From: a bacterium
Lineage (GTDB): Bacteria > SAR324 > JACQKK01
Length of the DNA: 64,000 bases
Assembly: GCA_965240465.1 (NCBI GenBank)
Contig: OZ251219.1
Coordinates: 1,206,681-1,270,680 of the forward strand
Direction of reading: 5' to 3'
In this document: positions 35,888 through 45,276 of the stretch, one piece after another
How the letters are laid out: the number at the start of each line of letters is the position of its first letter
Numbering within the stretch: the first letter of the stretch is position 1
Position numbers and translations under genes: made by a program
Notes under the pieces: generated by a model
The model's input: the letters and a program-made list of their open reading frames with translations, nothing else
The model's database searches: none
Told to the model about the DNA's origin: nothing

Positions 35888-36805
35888 ATGGAATTTTATA
35901 TGCCTTCTAAGCGTAAAAAAACAAAAACTGCTCCCAAAATAGCCAAAAAGATCACTCCGATCCCAGCAGCTAGCCCTCCTGAATCCCAAGGGCCACGCGG
36001 ATACTGGCTGGGACTGAAAATTCTGGCTGGAACGGGTATCTTGCTGACCGCCTACTTGACAATCTTAGCTTGGCTGAATGTTTCACCATTGGCTTGTGTT
36101 GAAGGCTCCGCCTGCGAGGCAGTACAATCCAGCCGCTGGGGAAGCTTGTTGGGATTACCTACATCCCTGTTTGGATTTCTATTTTATGCCGCGATACTCG
36201 GAGTGCTATTGCGAGTTCCTAATCTGGAACGCCGTTGGCGTTTGTTGTGGCGTTTTTCCTTATCAGCCTTGGCGATAAGCCTATATCTGATGACAATATC
36301 GCTATTTGTTATCAAGGCTACCTGCTTGTATTGTCTGGCTTCTTTGTTATTGGTGATTGCCATCTTGGTACTGGTGATCTTATCTCGCCCGCCTCAAGTG
36401 ATTATTGGAAGGTGGTTAAAGTACTCTGGGGCTGGTTTTGTAGCGATATTGATAGCCGTTCATTCGGTATATGCGTTGCCAAACTTTCTGCCAGACTTTC
36501 TGCCAGGGAAGGAAGATCCCTATCTTAAGGGCTTAGCCGAGCATTTAAGTAAGAATGCCGTAATGTACGGTGCTTCTTGGTGTTCTGCCTGTAAGAAACA
36601 AAAATCTTACTTCAAGCGTTCTGCTAAACGCTTGAAATATGTGGAATGTAGCGAGAGGGGAATTAGAGGACCTCAATCACCACGCTGTATTATTAAGGGT
36701 ATTAACAGCTACCCTACTTGGTTTATCAATGGAAAAAGGCATGCCCCTGGTATTATCAAGATAAAAGAGCTAGCTGAATTAACAGGGTATGAGCCTCCCC
36801 AGTAA
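35888..36805 (+). CDS. vitamin K epoxide reductase (VKOR) family protein fused to a thioredoxin-like domain
   Basis: Cys pair CVEGSAC in the loop, CLYC in a TM helix, and a C-terminal Trx-like GASWCSACKKQK. Confidence 0.8.
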   Translation: MEFYMPSKRKKTKTAPKIAKKITPIPAASPPESQGPRGYWLGLKILAGTGILLTAYLTILAWLNVSPLACVEGSACEAVQSSRWGSLLGLPTSLFGFLFYAAILGVLLRVPNLERRWRLLWRFSLSALAISLYLMTISLFVIKATCLYCLASLLLVIAILVLVILSRPPQVIIGRWLKYSGAGFVAILIAVHSVYALPNFLPDFLPGKEDPYLKGLAEHLSKNAVMYGASWCSACKKQKSYFKRSAKRLKYVECSERGIRGPQSPRCIIKGINSYPTWFINGKRHAPGIIKIKELAELTGYEPPQ

Positions 36806-38446
36806 TCATTTTCTTTGCTTCTGGCTGGCTTGGTTAAATTGATTCGGGTGTTGTTGCGACAAATGTTTCTGCGACAAATGTTTTTGCAGCAAGTTTTGTT
36901 TTATCAGCTGTCGTTGTAGCTTGCCATTGCTTGTTCGGGGGAGGGCATTTTCTTTTTTAATCCAGATAAATCTCTTGGGATGCTTCCAAGCCGCCAATCT
37001 TGCCTGACAATGAACTTTGAGAGCTTCATCATCGGGCTTGACTTGGGAGTCGTCTGCCACCAAAACAGCCGTGATGGACTCTCCCCAGCGAGGATCGGGC
37101 ATGCCTATTATGGCAGCATCGCGGATGGCAGCATGCTCTGTTAGGGCTTGCTCCAACTCAGCTGGATGAATGTTCACTCCGCCACTGATGAGCATATCGC
37201 CCAAGCGTCCCAAATAAAAATAAAACCCATCGGGGTCTTGACGGAGTATGTCGTCACTGCGTCCGTACCTGTTGCCATCGCTGTCTACCGAAAAGAATGA
37301 AGTGCTGGGGTCGTTGAGATAGCCATCCATCATGCAGGGGGTACGCATGGTGAGCTGCCCAGGCTGACCTTGAGAAACTGGATGATTAAGGTCATCGGTT
37401 AGCTGTAGCTGGCAATAAGGGCTGGCTCTTCCTAGGCTGTTAGGGTGACTTTGATGCCCATCTTCGTCTAAGCCTAAGCAAAAGCCAGCTTCTGTTTGTC
37501 CGAAGCCTTGGAACCATTTAACGCCAGGGAGCAGGCGGCGTAATTGCAGGACGATATCCGTCTGGGTGGGAGCAGCACCATAAACGATGTACTCTAAAGC
37601 TAGGGCGGGAACTTTCTCGGGCAAGCAGCTAAGCAACTTGAAAAGCATGGTAGGTACCGCAGGCAGATGAGTAATCCCTTGCTGGGCTAAGTCCTCCCAA
37701 CACTGAAAAGCATTAAAACGAGTACGAAAAAATAAAGCCGCCCCCGATAACACAGCTGCCCAAATCAACCACTGACCAAATTGATGATGCAAAGGCAAGG
37801 CACACCAAATGATATGGCTATCATTCAACTGGAGATTCTCTACGTGCATAAATGCATGCGATAACTTGGCGCGTTGACTAATCACCACCCCCTTGGGCTG
37901 ACCGCTGGCACTGCTGGTACCGCTGGTAAATAAAACCTGCATGGGAGACTCAGTAGTAACCACAGGGCTCTCTACCCGAATATCATCAGCGCGAAGCCGT
38001 TCACCCAGAAGCAGATCGTCCAGTAGCAGATCGTCCAGTAGCAGCATCTCAATCTTTAGCTTAAGGCTCGCCAGCACCCCCTCAAAGATTGGTTGCTCGG
38101 GTTGCTCCAGCCAGAGCAATCGGGGCTGCAACTTTGTTAGCATGTATTGCAACTCAGGAGGCTTGCTATTGATGGGAATATGACCCAGAACAACCCCCGC
38201 CATGGCAGCTCCAAACTGAACCGCCAATGAGCCAAAACCAGCCCTAGCACAAATGGCTACTCGCGTACCTGCCTCCAAACCCTGCACTCTCAGCTGCTCG
38301 GCTACCCCCAGAGATGCTCGTTCTAGCTCTTGCCAAGTCCAGCTCCTCCCGCCTAAGTAGCAGCAAATCTTCGCTGGTGAACGCTCAGTCCGCTCTTTCA
38401 ATATGCTTTTCAGCGAAATTGTGCTAGAAAGTGGAAGAGATAACAT
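36806..38446 (-). CDS. AMP-dependent synthetase/ligase (acyl-CoA synthetase family)
   Basis: AMP-binding motif LFTSGTSSASGQPKGV, GYGQTE-like FGQTEAG, and the C-terminal SNGKLQR lysine motif. Short in-frame repeats LLLDD x2 and QKHLS x2. Confidence 0.85.
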   Translation of the reverse strand: MLSLPLSSTISLKSILKERTERSPAKICCYLGGRSWTWQELERASLGVAEQLRVQGLEAGTRVAICARAGFGSLAVQFGAAMAGVVLGHIPINSKPPELQYMLTKLQPRLLWLEQPEQPIFEGVLASLKLKIEMLLLDDLLLDDLLLGERLRADDIRVESPVVTTESPMQVLFTSGTSSASGQPKGVVISQRAKLSHAFMHVENLQLNDSHIIWCALPLHHQFGQWLIWAAVLSGAALFFRTRFNAFQCWEDLAQQGITHLPAVPTMLFKLLSCLPEKVPALALEYIVYGAAPTQTDIVLQLRRLLPGVKWFQGFGQTEAGFCLGLDEDGHQSHPNSLGRASPYCQLQLTDDLNHPVSQGQPGQLTMRTPCMMDGYLNDPSTSFFSVDSDGNRYGRSDDILRQDPDGFYFYLGRLGDMLISGGVNIHPAELEQALTEHAAIRDAAIIGMPDPRWGESITAVLVADDSQVKPDDEALKVHCQARLAAWKHPKRFIWIKKENALPRTSNGKLQRQLIKQNLLQKHLSQKHLSQQHPNQFNQASQKQRK

Positions 38447-38583
38447 TATGGCTCTGCAAAAGTCTCAAAATAACAAGTACCCTAGATACCAGCATGCTCT
38501 TTCATCAATATCAATGTGGAGTATTCTTGCTTAGTACATGAATTCCTAGTCGGTAATTCTGTTCGCAATTCTTATAAGGAAAT

Positions 38584-41361
38584 ATGGTATCTCAGCCTCT
38601 TAAGAAGCCTATCATCACGGAAATGTTAGCTGCCGAAGAGCAGATCACTCCCTTATTCAGTGAGGGAGGAAGAGGATGGGGATTAATAGCCCGCCAGCAA
38701 GTCACACTCGCTTCCTGTGGAGCCAATATCCTAGACGGCTTTGTTTTGTCTGCAGATCTGCTTAGCCAAATAACCGAAGAAAAATCAATCCCGCTGGATG
38801 CCAAAGAAAAGATTGCCGAAAGCATAAAGGCACTTGAAAAAAGCAGTGGCAAATCTTTTGGAGCTACCAATTCTCCTGAAAAAAGCAGTGGCAAATCTTT
38901 TGGAGCTACCAATTCTCCCCCACTATTATTAAGTCTGACATTGGAATATCCAAGAGAGCCTATGGATAGGGGACAAGAGGAAGGTTCTCCACTAATCTCT
39001 TATAATGAACGAAGACGACGTTTTGTTAACTTAGGTTTGGTTAACAGCACAATGGAGGCTTGGCTGAAAAGCGGTGCAGAACCGCGTCAGGTTTGGGATG
39101 CCTGCCGTCGGCAAGTGGAACGCTGGGCAATCATTATGGCAGGGGAAAAAGAAGAGAAGTGGGAAGATGAGATGGCACGCCTCAGTCGGAAATATCTTGA
39201 TTATGGCACGAGACACTATGCAGGGCTTTCAGCTACCGAGACGGAAAACTTCACTAAAGAAATTCAAGGGTTGTGTGAAGATTGTGAGATTGCTCAGTTG
39301 AAGGATGATCCGTGGGAGCAGCTATGGCAGGTGATTACCGAATTTTACCGTAAAGCACCAGAGAAGGAGCATTTGAAAAAAAAGGACTATCCAAGCATGT
39401 TGGTGCGGGAAGCACCCCAAGGTTTTAGCCCTACAGGAGGGGCAGGGGTTTTGCAATCGCGTATTCCCATGACAGGTGAGGTGGGTTGGCATGGTTCTTT
39501 TGCACCATTTGCACAATTGGATGATTTATTCTATGGCAATCGGTTGCCTGAAAAAGCAGCCTATTTTTGTGAAAAATTTCCGAAAATATTGCAAGAACTA
39601 TCGGCTTTGTCAAAAAAGCTGGAAGATAAGCAAAAAGAAGTAAAAAAAATATTTTTTGTGTTGGAATCAGAGCAAGGACGGTATCCTGAGTTGCTAGTCT
39701 TAAGTACACGGGAAGCAAGTTTTAGTCCTGAGGTTTCCTTTCATGTGGCTTTAGATATGCAAGCTAAGGGCATATTGGATGAAAAGGAAACCATGGCCCT
39801 AATCCAGCCTGAGTTTATTCGTAGCCACTTGCATTCCAAATTGGATGTCTCTAAGACCGCCTCCCTGTTTTGCCAAGGATTGCCCGCCTCGGCAGGATGC
39901 GCGGTGGGTCAGCTGGTACTATTTGCAGAAAATGCCGAAAAATTGGTGGAGCAAGGCAAACAGGTGATCTTGGTGCGTCATGAAACCACCCCAGAAGATA
40001 TTAATGGGCTGAAATCTGCTGATGGAGTACTGACTTCGGGTGGAGGTTATACTTCGCATGCGGCATTGGTGGCTCGGGGAATGGGTAAGCCCGCAATAGT
40101 AGGGGTGAATACCCTAGTGGTAGATTATCTGCTGAACGAGATCTGCTACCAAGGGATTACATTGCAACAAGGAGACTGGATTAGCATGGACGGAGCAACA
40201 GGTAAGGTATATGCGGGCAAACTAGACACCATACCCCCTGTTATATCCCACGAGGTGCATAAAGTACTCAGGCTGGCTGATAAAACCAGAACCCTGAAAG
40301 TGCGTGCCAATGCAGATAACGTAGCCGATGCCCGTTGTGCCTTAGAAAATGGGGCAGAAGGAATAGGACTATGTCGCACCGAACATATGTTTTTTGACAT
40401 GGAAAGGATCACTACCTTTCGCAAAATGATCCTCTCGGACACCGAAGAAGAATGTGATAAAGCCCTAGCTGAACTGCTGCCTCTACAAAGAGAAGATTTC
40501 TTGGAAATATTTCGGGTGATGAAGGAACTCCCAGTAACTATTAGGCTGCTAGACCCGCCTCTGCACGAATTCCTGCCCAGAGGAGATAGATCCCGATCCC
40601 GAATGTCCAAAGCTATGGGCTTATCGGTACAGGATATCCAAAGGAGAATAGATGTCATGGCAGAGCAAAACCCGATGATGGGTAGACGCGGTTGCCGATT
40701 GGCGTTCACTAATCCAGGTATTTATAAAATGCAAACCCGTGCCATCGTGGAAGCCGTTTCCTTGGCATCTCAGGAGGGCATTAAGGTCAAGGCAGAGATC
40801 ATGATCCCCCTCGTCAGTGATTGTCGTGAACTATGGATGCTGCGTTCGCAGATAGATGAAATTATCTCAGAAGAAAAAAACAAGGAACTAAGCAAGGAAC
40901 TAAACATAGAAATTGGTGCCATGATAGAAACTCCGCGGGCTGCCTTGTGTGCTGGTGAACTGGCAGAACATGCCGATTTTCTCTCCTTTGGAACCAATGA
41001 CCTCACCCAAATGACCTATGGGATTTCTCGTGATGATACGGAAAGTTTCCTCCCAACATACTTTCAAAAAGGAATATTAGATAAAAACCCCTTCGTGAAT
41101 ATTGATGTCCGTGGGGTAGGCGAATTGCTGGACATAGCAGTTCAAAGGGCTCGGTCGGTAAAAGAAAACATAAAACTAGGCATTTGTGGAGAACACGGTG
41201 GAGATGCCTATTCGGTGCGGGAATTTCACAAACTAGGCTTGGATTATGTCAGTTGTTCTCCCTTTCGCTTATTGGAGGCTCGCTTGGCAGCGGGTAATTC
41301 GGTAGCCAGAGGAACTAAAATCAGGTATCAGCCCCCCCCCCCAAGGTCAATCCTTAGCTGA
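38584..41361 (+). CDS. ppdK: pyruvate, phosphate dikinase with a divergent N-terminal domain
   Basis: Phospho-His GGYTSHAALVARGMGKPAIVG, GLCRTEHMFF, LSFGTNDLTQ, GICGEHGGD. Confidence 0.88.
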   Translation: MVSQPLKKPIITEMLAAEEQITPLFSEGGRGWGLIARQQVTLASCGANILDGFVLSADLLSQITEEKSIPLDAKEKIAESIKALEKSSGKSFGATNSPEKSSGKSFGATNSPPLLLSLTLEYPREPMDRGQEEGSPLISYNERRRRFVNLGLVNSTMEAWLKSGAEPRQVWDACRRQVERWAIIMAGEKEEKWEDEMARLSRKYLDYGTRHYAGLSATETENFTKEIQGLCEDCEIAQLKDDPWEQLWQVITEFYRKAPEKEHLKKKDYPSMLVREAPQGFSPTGGAGVLQSRIPMTGEVGWHGSFAPFAQLDDLFYGNRLPEKAAYFCEKFPKILQELSALSKKLEDKQKEVKKIFFVLESEQGRYPELLVLSTREASFSPEVSFHVALDMQAKGILDEKETMALIQPEFIRSHLHSKLDVSKTASLFCQGLPASAGCAVGQLVLFAENAEKLVEQGKQVILVRHETTPEDINGLKSADGVLTSGGGYTSHAALVARGMGKPAIVGVNTLVVDYLLNEICYQGITLQQGDWISMDGATGKVYAGKLDTIPPVISHEVHKVLRLADKTRTLKVRANADNVADARCALENGAEGIGLCRTEHMFFDMERITTFRKMILSDTEEECDKALAELLPLQREDFLEIFRVMKELPVTIRLLDPPLHEFLPRGDRSRSRMSKAMGLSVQDIQRRIDVMAEQNPMMGRRGCRLAFTNPGIYKMQTRAIVEAVSLASQEGIKVKAEIMIPLVSDCRELWMLRSQIDEIISEEKNKELSKELNIEIGAMIETPRAALCAGELAEHADFLSFGTNDLTQMTYGISRDDTESFLPTYFQKGILDKNPFVNIDVRGVGELLDIAVQRARSVKENIKLGICGEHGGDAYSVREFHKLGLDYVSCSPFRLLEARLAAGNSVARGTKIRYQPPPPRSILS
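38836..38919. repeat. in-frame tandem duplication inside ppdK, 42-bp unit x2
   Basis: Encodes EKSSGKSFGATNSP twice. Confidence 0.9.
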
Positions 41362-41422
41362 AATACTGAAGAGAAGCCAAGTAAAGAGCCAAGTAAAGAG
41401 CCATGTAAAGCCAGAGAAATCA

Positions 41423-42073
41423 TTATTGACTAGGATTGATAGTGATGAGTTCCACCTCGGGTGGGGGAGTGAAGGTGAAGTAGTTTTTGGGAAATTTGGT
41501 ACGCCTTTTCATTTTTGTGAGTTTTAGAAGATGGATTTCGCCACCTGCAGTGGGTTGCAGGCGTAAAACCCGTAGCTGACCGTGCTTGAGTACTCCGACC
41601 TCAAATTCGCTAACGAGTGCCAAGGGTTTCAGGGGTTTTAGACGCAGGAAGGCAAGTTTTCCTTTTCGGCGTTGCGAGATACAAGCAAATGTTTCTTGTA
41701 AGTTAGCAAGTTCCAGTAGGAAGGTCAGCGGGGTTCCGCCAGTGAAGTTTGCTAGGGGTTGTGCCAGCACGCTTTTCAGCAAGGGATCGTAGAGCCAGAC
41801 GGTTTTGTTGTCGGTGATTACCAGCTGGCGATGGGGCTTTTGATAATCCCAACGCATGCCTCGTTTTTGCTGATACCATATTCTGCCACTAGCGGTGCTG
41901 GAAGTGCTTTCATGATGCTGTTGTTGTTCAAAGCGGGCTTCAAACCCTGACAGTTGTCGGTAATGACTTTCTATTCGGGCTAGCAAGTCTGTGTTACAGG
42001 GCAGAGCCCAAGCTGAGGTACTCAGGATTGTCATAATGGCGATTAATCCTATTCGGGTAATTAGCATTGGCAT
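41423..42073 (-). CDS. lolA: outer-membrane lipoprotein carrier protein LolA
   Basis: Signal peptide, then ...IESHYRQLSGFEARFEQQ... and ...VWLYDPLL..., typical of LolA. Confidence 0.75.
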   Translation of the reverse strand: MPMLITRIGLIAIMTILSTSAWALPCNTDLLARIESHYRQLSGFEARFEQQQHHESTSSTASGRIWYQQKRGMRWDYQKPHRQLVITDNKTVWLYDPLLKSVLAQPLANFTGGTPLTFLLELANLQETFACISQRRKGKLAFLRLKPLKPLALVSEFEVGVLKHGQLRVLRLQPTAGGEIHLLKLTKMKRRTKFPKNYFTFTPPPEVELITINPSQ

Positions 42074-42141
42074 ATAGTGGTGCGGGTGGGATAGTTTAGG
42101 TATTATCGCTTAACCTATCACTTATTGCAGATCGCGGCTGG

Positions 42142-43119
42142 ATGGTTTTTAATTTTTTAGCCAGTTTTTTTTCGGGCGTGAGAGCGGTTTATCTGATAGC
42201 GGTCCTGTTATTGCTGACACCCTCACTAGCATTTGCTCAGCAGGGGATGATGGATGCTTGGTCTTGGGAGCGATTGGTAATTACTCTGTTGATATTTGCC
42301 TTTTTTTTAGGAGTGCTATCGGTTTTGGCTGGGGTAGGTGGGGCATTGATTTTTGTTCCTTTGATGACTTTATGGGCTCCTTTTTTACATGTGGATTTTA
42401 TTCGGGCGACTGGTTTAATGATGGCTCTGGTGGGAGCTTTGTTTGCGGGACCGCTCTTGATACGCCAGCGATTAGTCAATTTTCGGCTGGCAATTTTGAT
42501 AGGAATGCTAAGTTCTACTGGGGCTATTTTCGGAGCGAAGATAGGATTGAGATTATCGGTACCTTTATTACAGCAGCTATTGGTGATGGTGATGCTAGTG
42601 GTAGTGTGTATGTATTTGGTACGCATTTCTAGAGGAGCTAAGGCAGCTCGTCAGCTGAAAACAGAGGAGAATGTTAGTCGCTGGCAGGGTTGGCTGAGGT
42701 TGGAAGCTCAGCTTTATGATTTTCCCAATCAACGCTGGTTAAGTTGGCAACCACGATTTTTATGGTTTTCGCTGGTGATGGTGGTGGGAGGAGGATTTCT
42801 TTCGGGCATGTTAGGGCTAGGAGGAGGATGGATTTATGTGCCGCTGTTAAATTTGGTGATGGGACTGCCATTGCGTTTTGCGGTAGCGACCAGTGGTTTT
42901 ATCATTGCCATTGTGAACACCGCGGCGGTGCCGATATACTTAAAACATGGGGCTTTGCAGCCATTGCTAAGTATCCCTTGTGTACTAGGAATGGTGTTGG
43001 GTGCGAGATTGGGGTCAAGACTGTTGCGTGTTGCCGACCATTACTGGCTGCAGTGGCTAGTATTATTGGTATTGTGTTTTTCGGGATTTCGGATCTTATT
43101 GAGGAGCTTTGGCTGGTAA
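42142..43119 (+). CDS. TauE/SafE family sulfite/anion exporter-like membrane protein
   Basis: 325 aa, two-fold repeated polytopic architecture with G-rich helices (VLAGVGGALIFVPL and LGLGGGWIYVPLL). Confidence 0.7.
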   Translation: MVFNFLASFFSGVRAVYLIAVLLLLTPSLAFAQQGMMDAWSWERLVITLLIFAFFLGVLSVLAGVGGALIFVPLMTLWAPFLHVDFIRATGLMMALVGALFAGPLLIRQRLVNFRLAILIGMLSSTGAIFGAKIGLRLSVPLLQQLLVMVMLVVVCMYLVRISRGAKAARQLKTEENVSRWQGWLRLEAQLYDFPNQRWLSWQPRFLWFSLVMVVGGGFLSGMLGLGGGWIYVPLLNLVMGLPLRFAVATSGFIIAIVNTAAVPIYLKHGALQPLLSIPCVLGMVLGARLGSRLLRVADHYWLQWLVLLVLCFSGFRILLRSFGW

Positions 43120-43129
43120 GATTACCTTG

Positions 43130-43505
43130 CCTCCTCGGTGCTTTCCATACTTTCTCAATAGCTCCCTCAATACTTTCTCGGTGCTTCCTCAATACTTTCC
43201 AATACTTTCTCAATGTTTCCTCAATGCTTTCTCGGTGCTTAATGCTCCCTCAATATACTTTCTCAATAGCTCCCTCAATGCTTAATGCTCGGTGCTTCCT
43301 CAATACTTTCATACTTTCTCAATAGCTCCCTCAATGCTTAATGCTCGGTGCTTCCTCAATACTTTCATACTTTCTCAATGCTCCCTCAATATACTTTCTC
43401 AATGTTTCCTCAATGCTTAATGCTCGGTGCTTCCTCAATACTTTCATACTTTCTCAATGCTCCCTCAATATACTTTCTCAATGCTTAATGCTCTCGGTGC
43501 TTCCT
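43130..43505. repeat. ~380-bp mosaic satellite built from ctcaat-containing modules, with ~56-bp higher-order units
   Basis: For example, agctccctcaatgcttaatgctcggtgcttcctcaatactttcatactttctcaat occurs at ~43268 and ~43324. Contains tttctcaatgctcc at 43371-43384. Confidence 0.85.
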
Positions 43506-43512
43506 CAAAAGG

Positions 43513-43914
43513 ATGGTTATGAAATCAAGAACTAGCGATGACTCACAACGCCAGCCATTGATAAAGTCCGAAGTGGGTTTGGATGCTTCATTTGCTCGGG
43601 TGTTGCGATTTTCCGTTTGGGGAACCTTGGGTTTTGCGATAATAAGTTTCGGGTTGTACCTAGCGGAATTTTCGGTAGTTCACTTGCCCTTGGAGCAGGT
43701 GATAGAGGGTTTGGCTCATAGGGATGGCGTAAAGCACCTCAATGGTGAGGGCGGCGACGATATTCTTGGTCTAACATCCTTGAGATTATTGAGTATGACC
43801 CTCTGGCTACCATATTTATTATTGGTAGTGTTTTTTTATCGGCGAGGTGATTGGCTGTACTTGTTTTTATCCTTGTTACAGCTGGGAGTATTTGGTTTAT
43901 CTTCTTTTATATAA
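43513..43914 (+). CDS. hypothetical membrane protein (133 aa)
   Basis: ORF track, with 2-3 hydrophobic spans. Confidence 0.45.
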   Translation: MVMKSRTSDDSQRQPLIKSEVGLDASFARVLRFSVWGTLGFAIISFGLYLAEFSVVHLPLEQVIEGLAHRDGVKHLNGEGGDDILGLTSLRLLSMTLWLPYLLLVVFFYRRGDWLYLFLSLLQLGVFGLSSFI

Positions 43915-43974
43915 GCGATAGAAGCGAACGATTATTGAAAAGTAGTCTTGCTCCCCGTGAGATGAACGCCCAAT

Positions 43975-45081
43975 TTAAGAATGTTTCTCATAAGAATGTT
44001 TCTTGGCAAAATGTTCCAAAAATTCAGCCAAAGCATGTACTCCCTCCATGGACATTCCATTGTAAATGGAAGCCCGTAGGCCTCCAACAGCAGGATGCCC
44101 CTTGAGAAAATGTAATCGGTGCTGGCTGGCTGTGGTGATAAATTCCTCACGCAAAGATTCATCACGCAGGTAAAATGTAACATTCATCAAAGAGCGATCA
44201 ATAGGGCGAGCATTAGTCCGATAGCACGACTCGCACCGATCTAATATCTGATAAAGCACCTTGCTTCTCTCAATACTGAGACGCTGCATTTCTTTAACAC
44301 CACCCATTTTTTTCAGCCATTTCAATATCAAGTTTGCTACATAAATGGCAAAAGTATTGGGAGTGTTGAGCAAGGGATTCTCTACAAGATTGGTGTAGTT
44401 CAGAAGCAAGGGAGTCTTAGGAAGGACTTTTCCCAGCAGATCATCGCGGATGATCACAATGGATAAACCCGAAGCTCCCAAGTTCTTTTGAGCTCCCGCG
44501 TAAATCAGCCCAAATTTGCTGACATCAAAGGGATAGCTACAGATGTCTGAGGTCATATCTGCCACTAAGGGCGTTTTAAGGCGAGGAAATTCCTTCCACT
44601 GAGTACCAACTATGGTGTTATTACTAGTTAGGTGAATATAACTAGTTTCACGGTCATCAACCTCCTCCCAATTGACAGTCGGCAGGTGGTCGTACTTAGT
44701 GTCCTTGCTGCTGGCAGGGATGTCCACCTGACCAAACAATCGGGCTTCCTCAATTGCTCTGGTGGAAAACACGCCACTCTCTATGTACTTAGACTTATGC
44801 TGAGGACGATAATCCAGCAAATTCAAAGGAACAGCAGAAAACTGCATCTGTCCGCCTCCATGGACAAAAAGTACTTGGTAATCGGCTGGGATGTTGAGTA
44901 TCTCACGCAACAGAACCGCGGTATCCTCCAGCAATAACTTGAAGTCCTTACCATGGTGGCTAATCTCAATCAAAGATGCCCCTAGCCCCTGATAACTTAA
45001 AAACTCATCTTTTACCTGCTGCATCACAGGCAAAGGAATGGTTGCGGGACCAGCACAAAAATTAAAAAAACGCTCGCTCAT
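43975..45081 (-). CDS. serC: phosphoserine aminotransferase
   Basis: FNFCAGPATIPLPVMQQV...GLGASLIEISHHGKDF...VLFVHGGGQMQFSAVPLNLL is collinear with E. coli SerC. Confidence 0.92.
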   Translation of the reverse strand: MSERFFNFCAGPATIPLPVMQQVKDEFLSYQGLGASLIEISHHGKDFKLLLEDTAVLLREILNIPADYQVLFVHGGGQMQFSAVPLNLLDYRPQHKSKYIESGVFSTRAIEEARLFGQVDIPASSKDTKYDHLPTVNWEEVDDRETSYIHLTSNNTIVGTQWKEFPRLKTPLVADMTSDICSYPFDVSKFGLIYAGAQKNLGASGLSIVIIRDDLLGKVLPKTPLLLNYTNLVENPLLNTPNTFAIYVANLILKWLKKMGGVKEMQRLSIERSKVLYQILDRCESCYRTNARPIDRSLMNVTFYLRDESLREEFITTASQHRLHFLKGHPAVGGLRASIYNGMSMEGVHALAEFLEHFAKKHSYEKHS

Positions 45082-45276
45082 AGAAAGTCAGTTAAAAAAT
45101 TATCACCTCACAAAAACCAAATGAAAAATAGCTCCATTGATGGTAAATGCAACTGCATAAAATGGCAAACATAAGATGGATAGTACGCATGGTAATACAG
45201 TTGCAAATGTTTATCCGCTACACTAAACTGAACATCGGTGGTTGTGGTGAACTTAAGACTGCGGGGTAAAGCAAAA

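Noticed and set aside
40146-40709. 187-aa minus-strand ORF
   Set aside because: It is antisense to the well-supported ppdK coding region.
42744-43535. 193-aa and 64-aa + strand ORFs running through the ctcaat mosaic satellite
   Set aside because: The first overlaps the TauE-like gene out of frame, and both then simply translate the satellite (SIAPSMLNARCFLNTF repeats). No start context.
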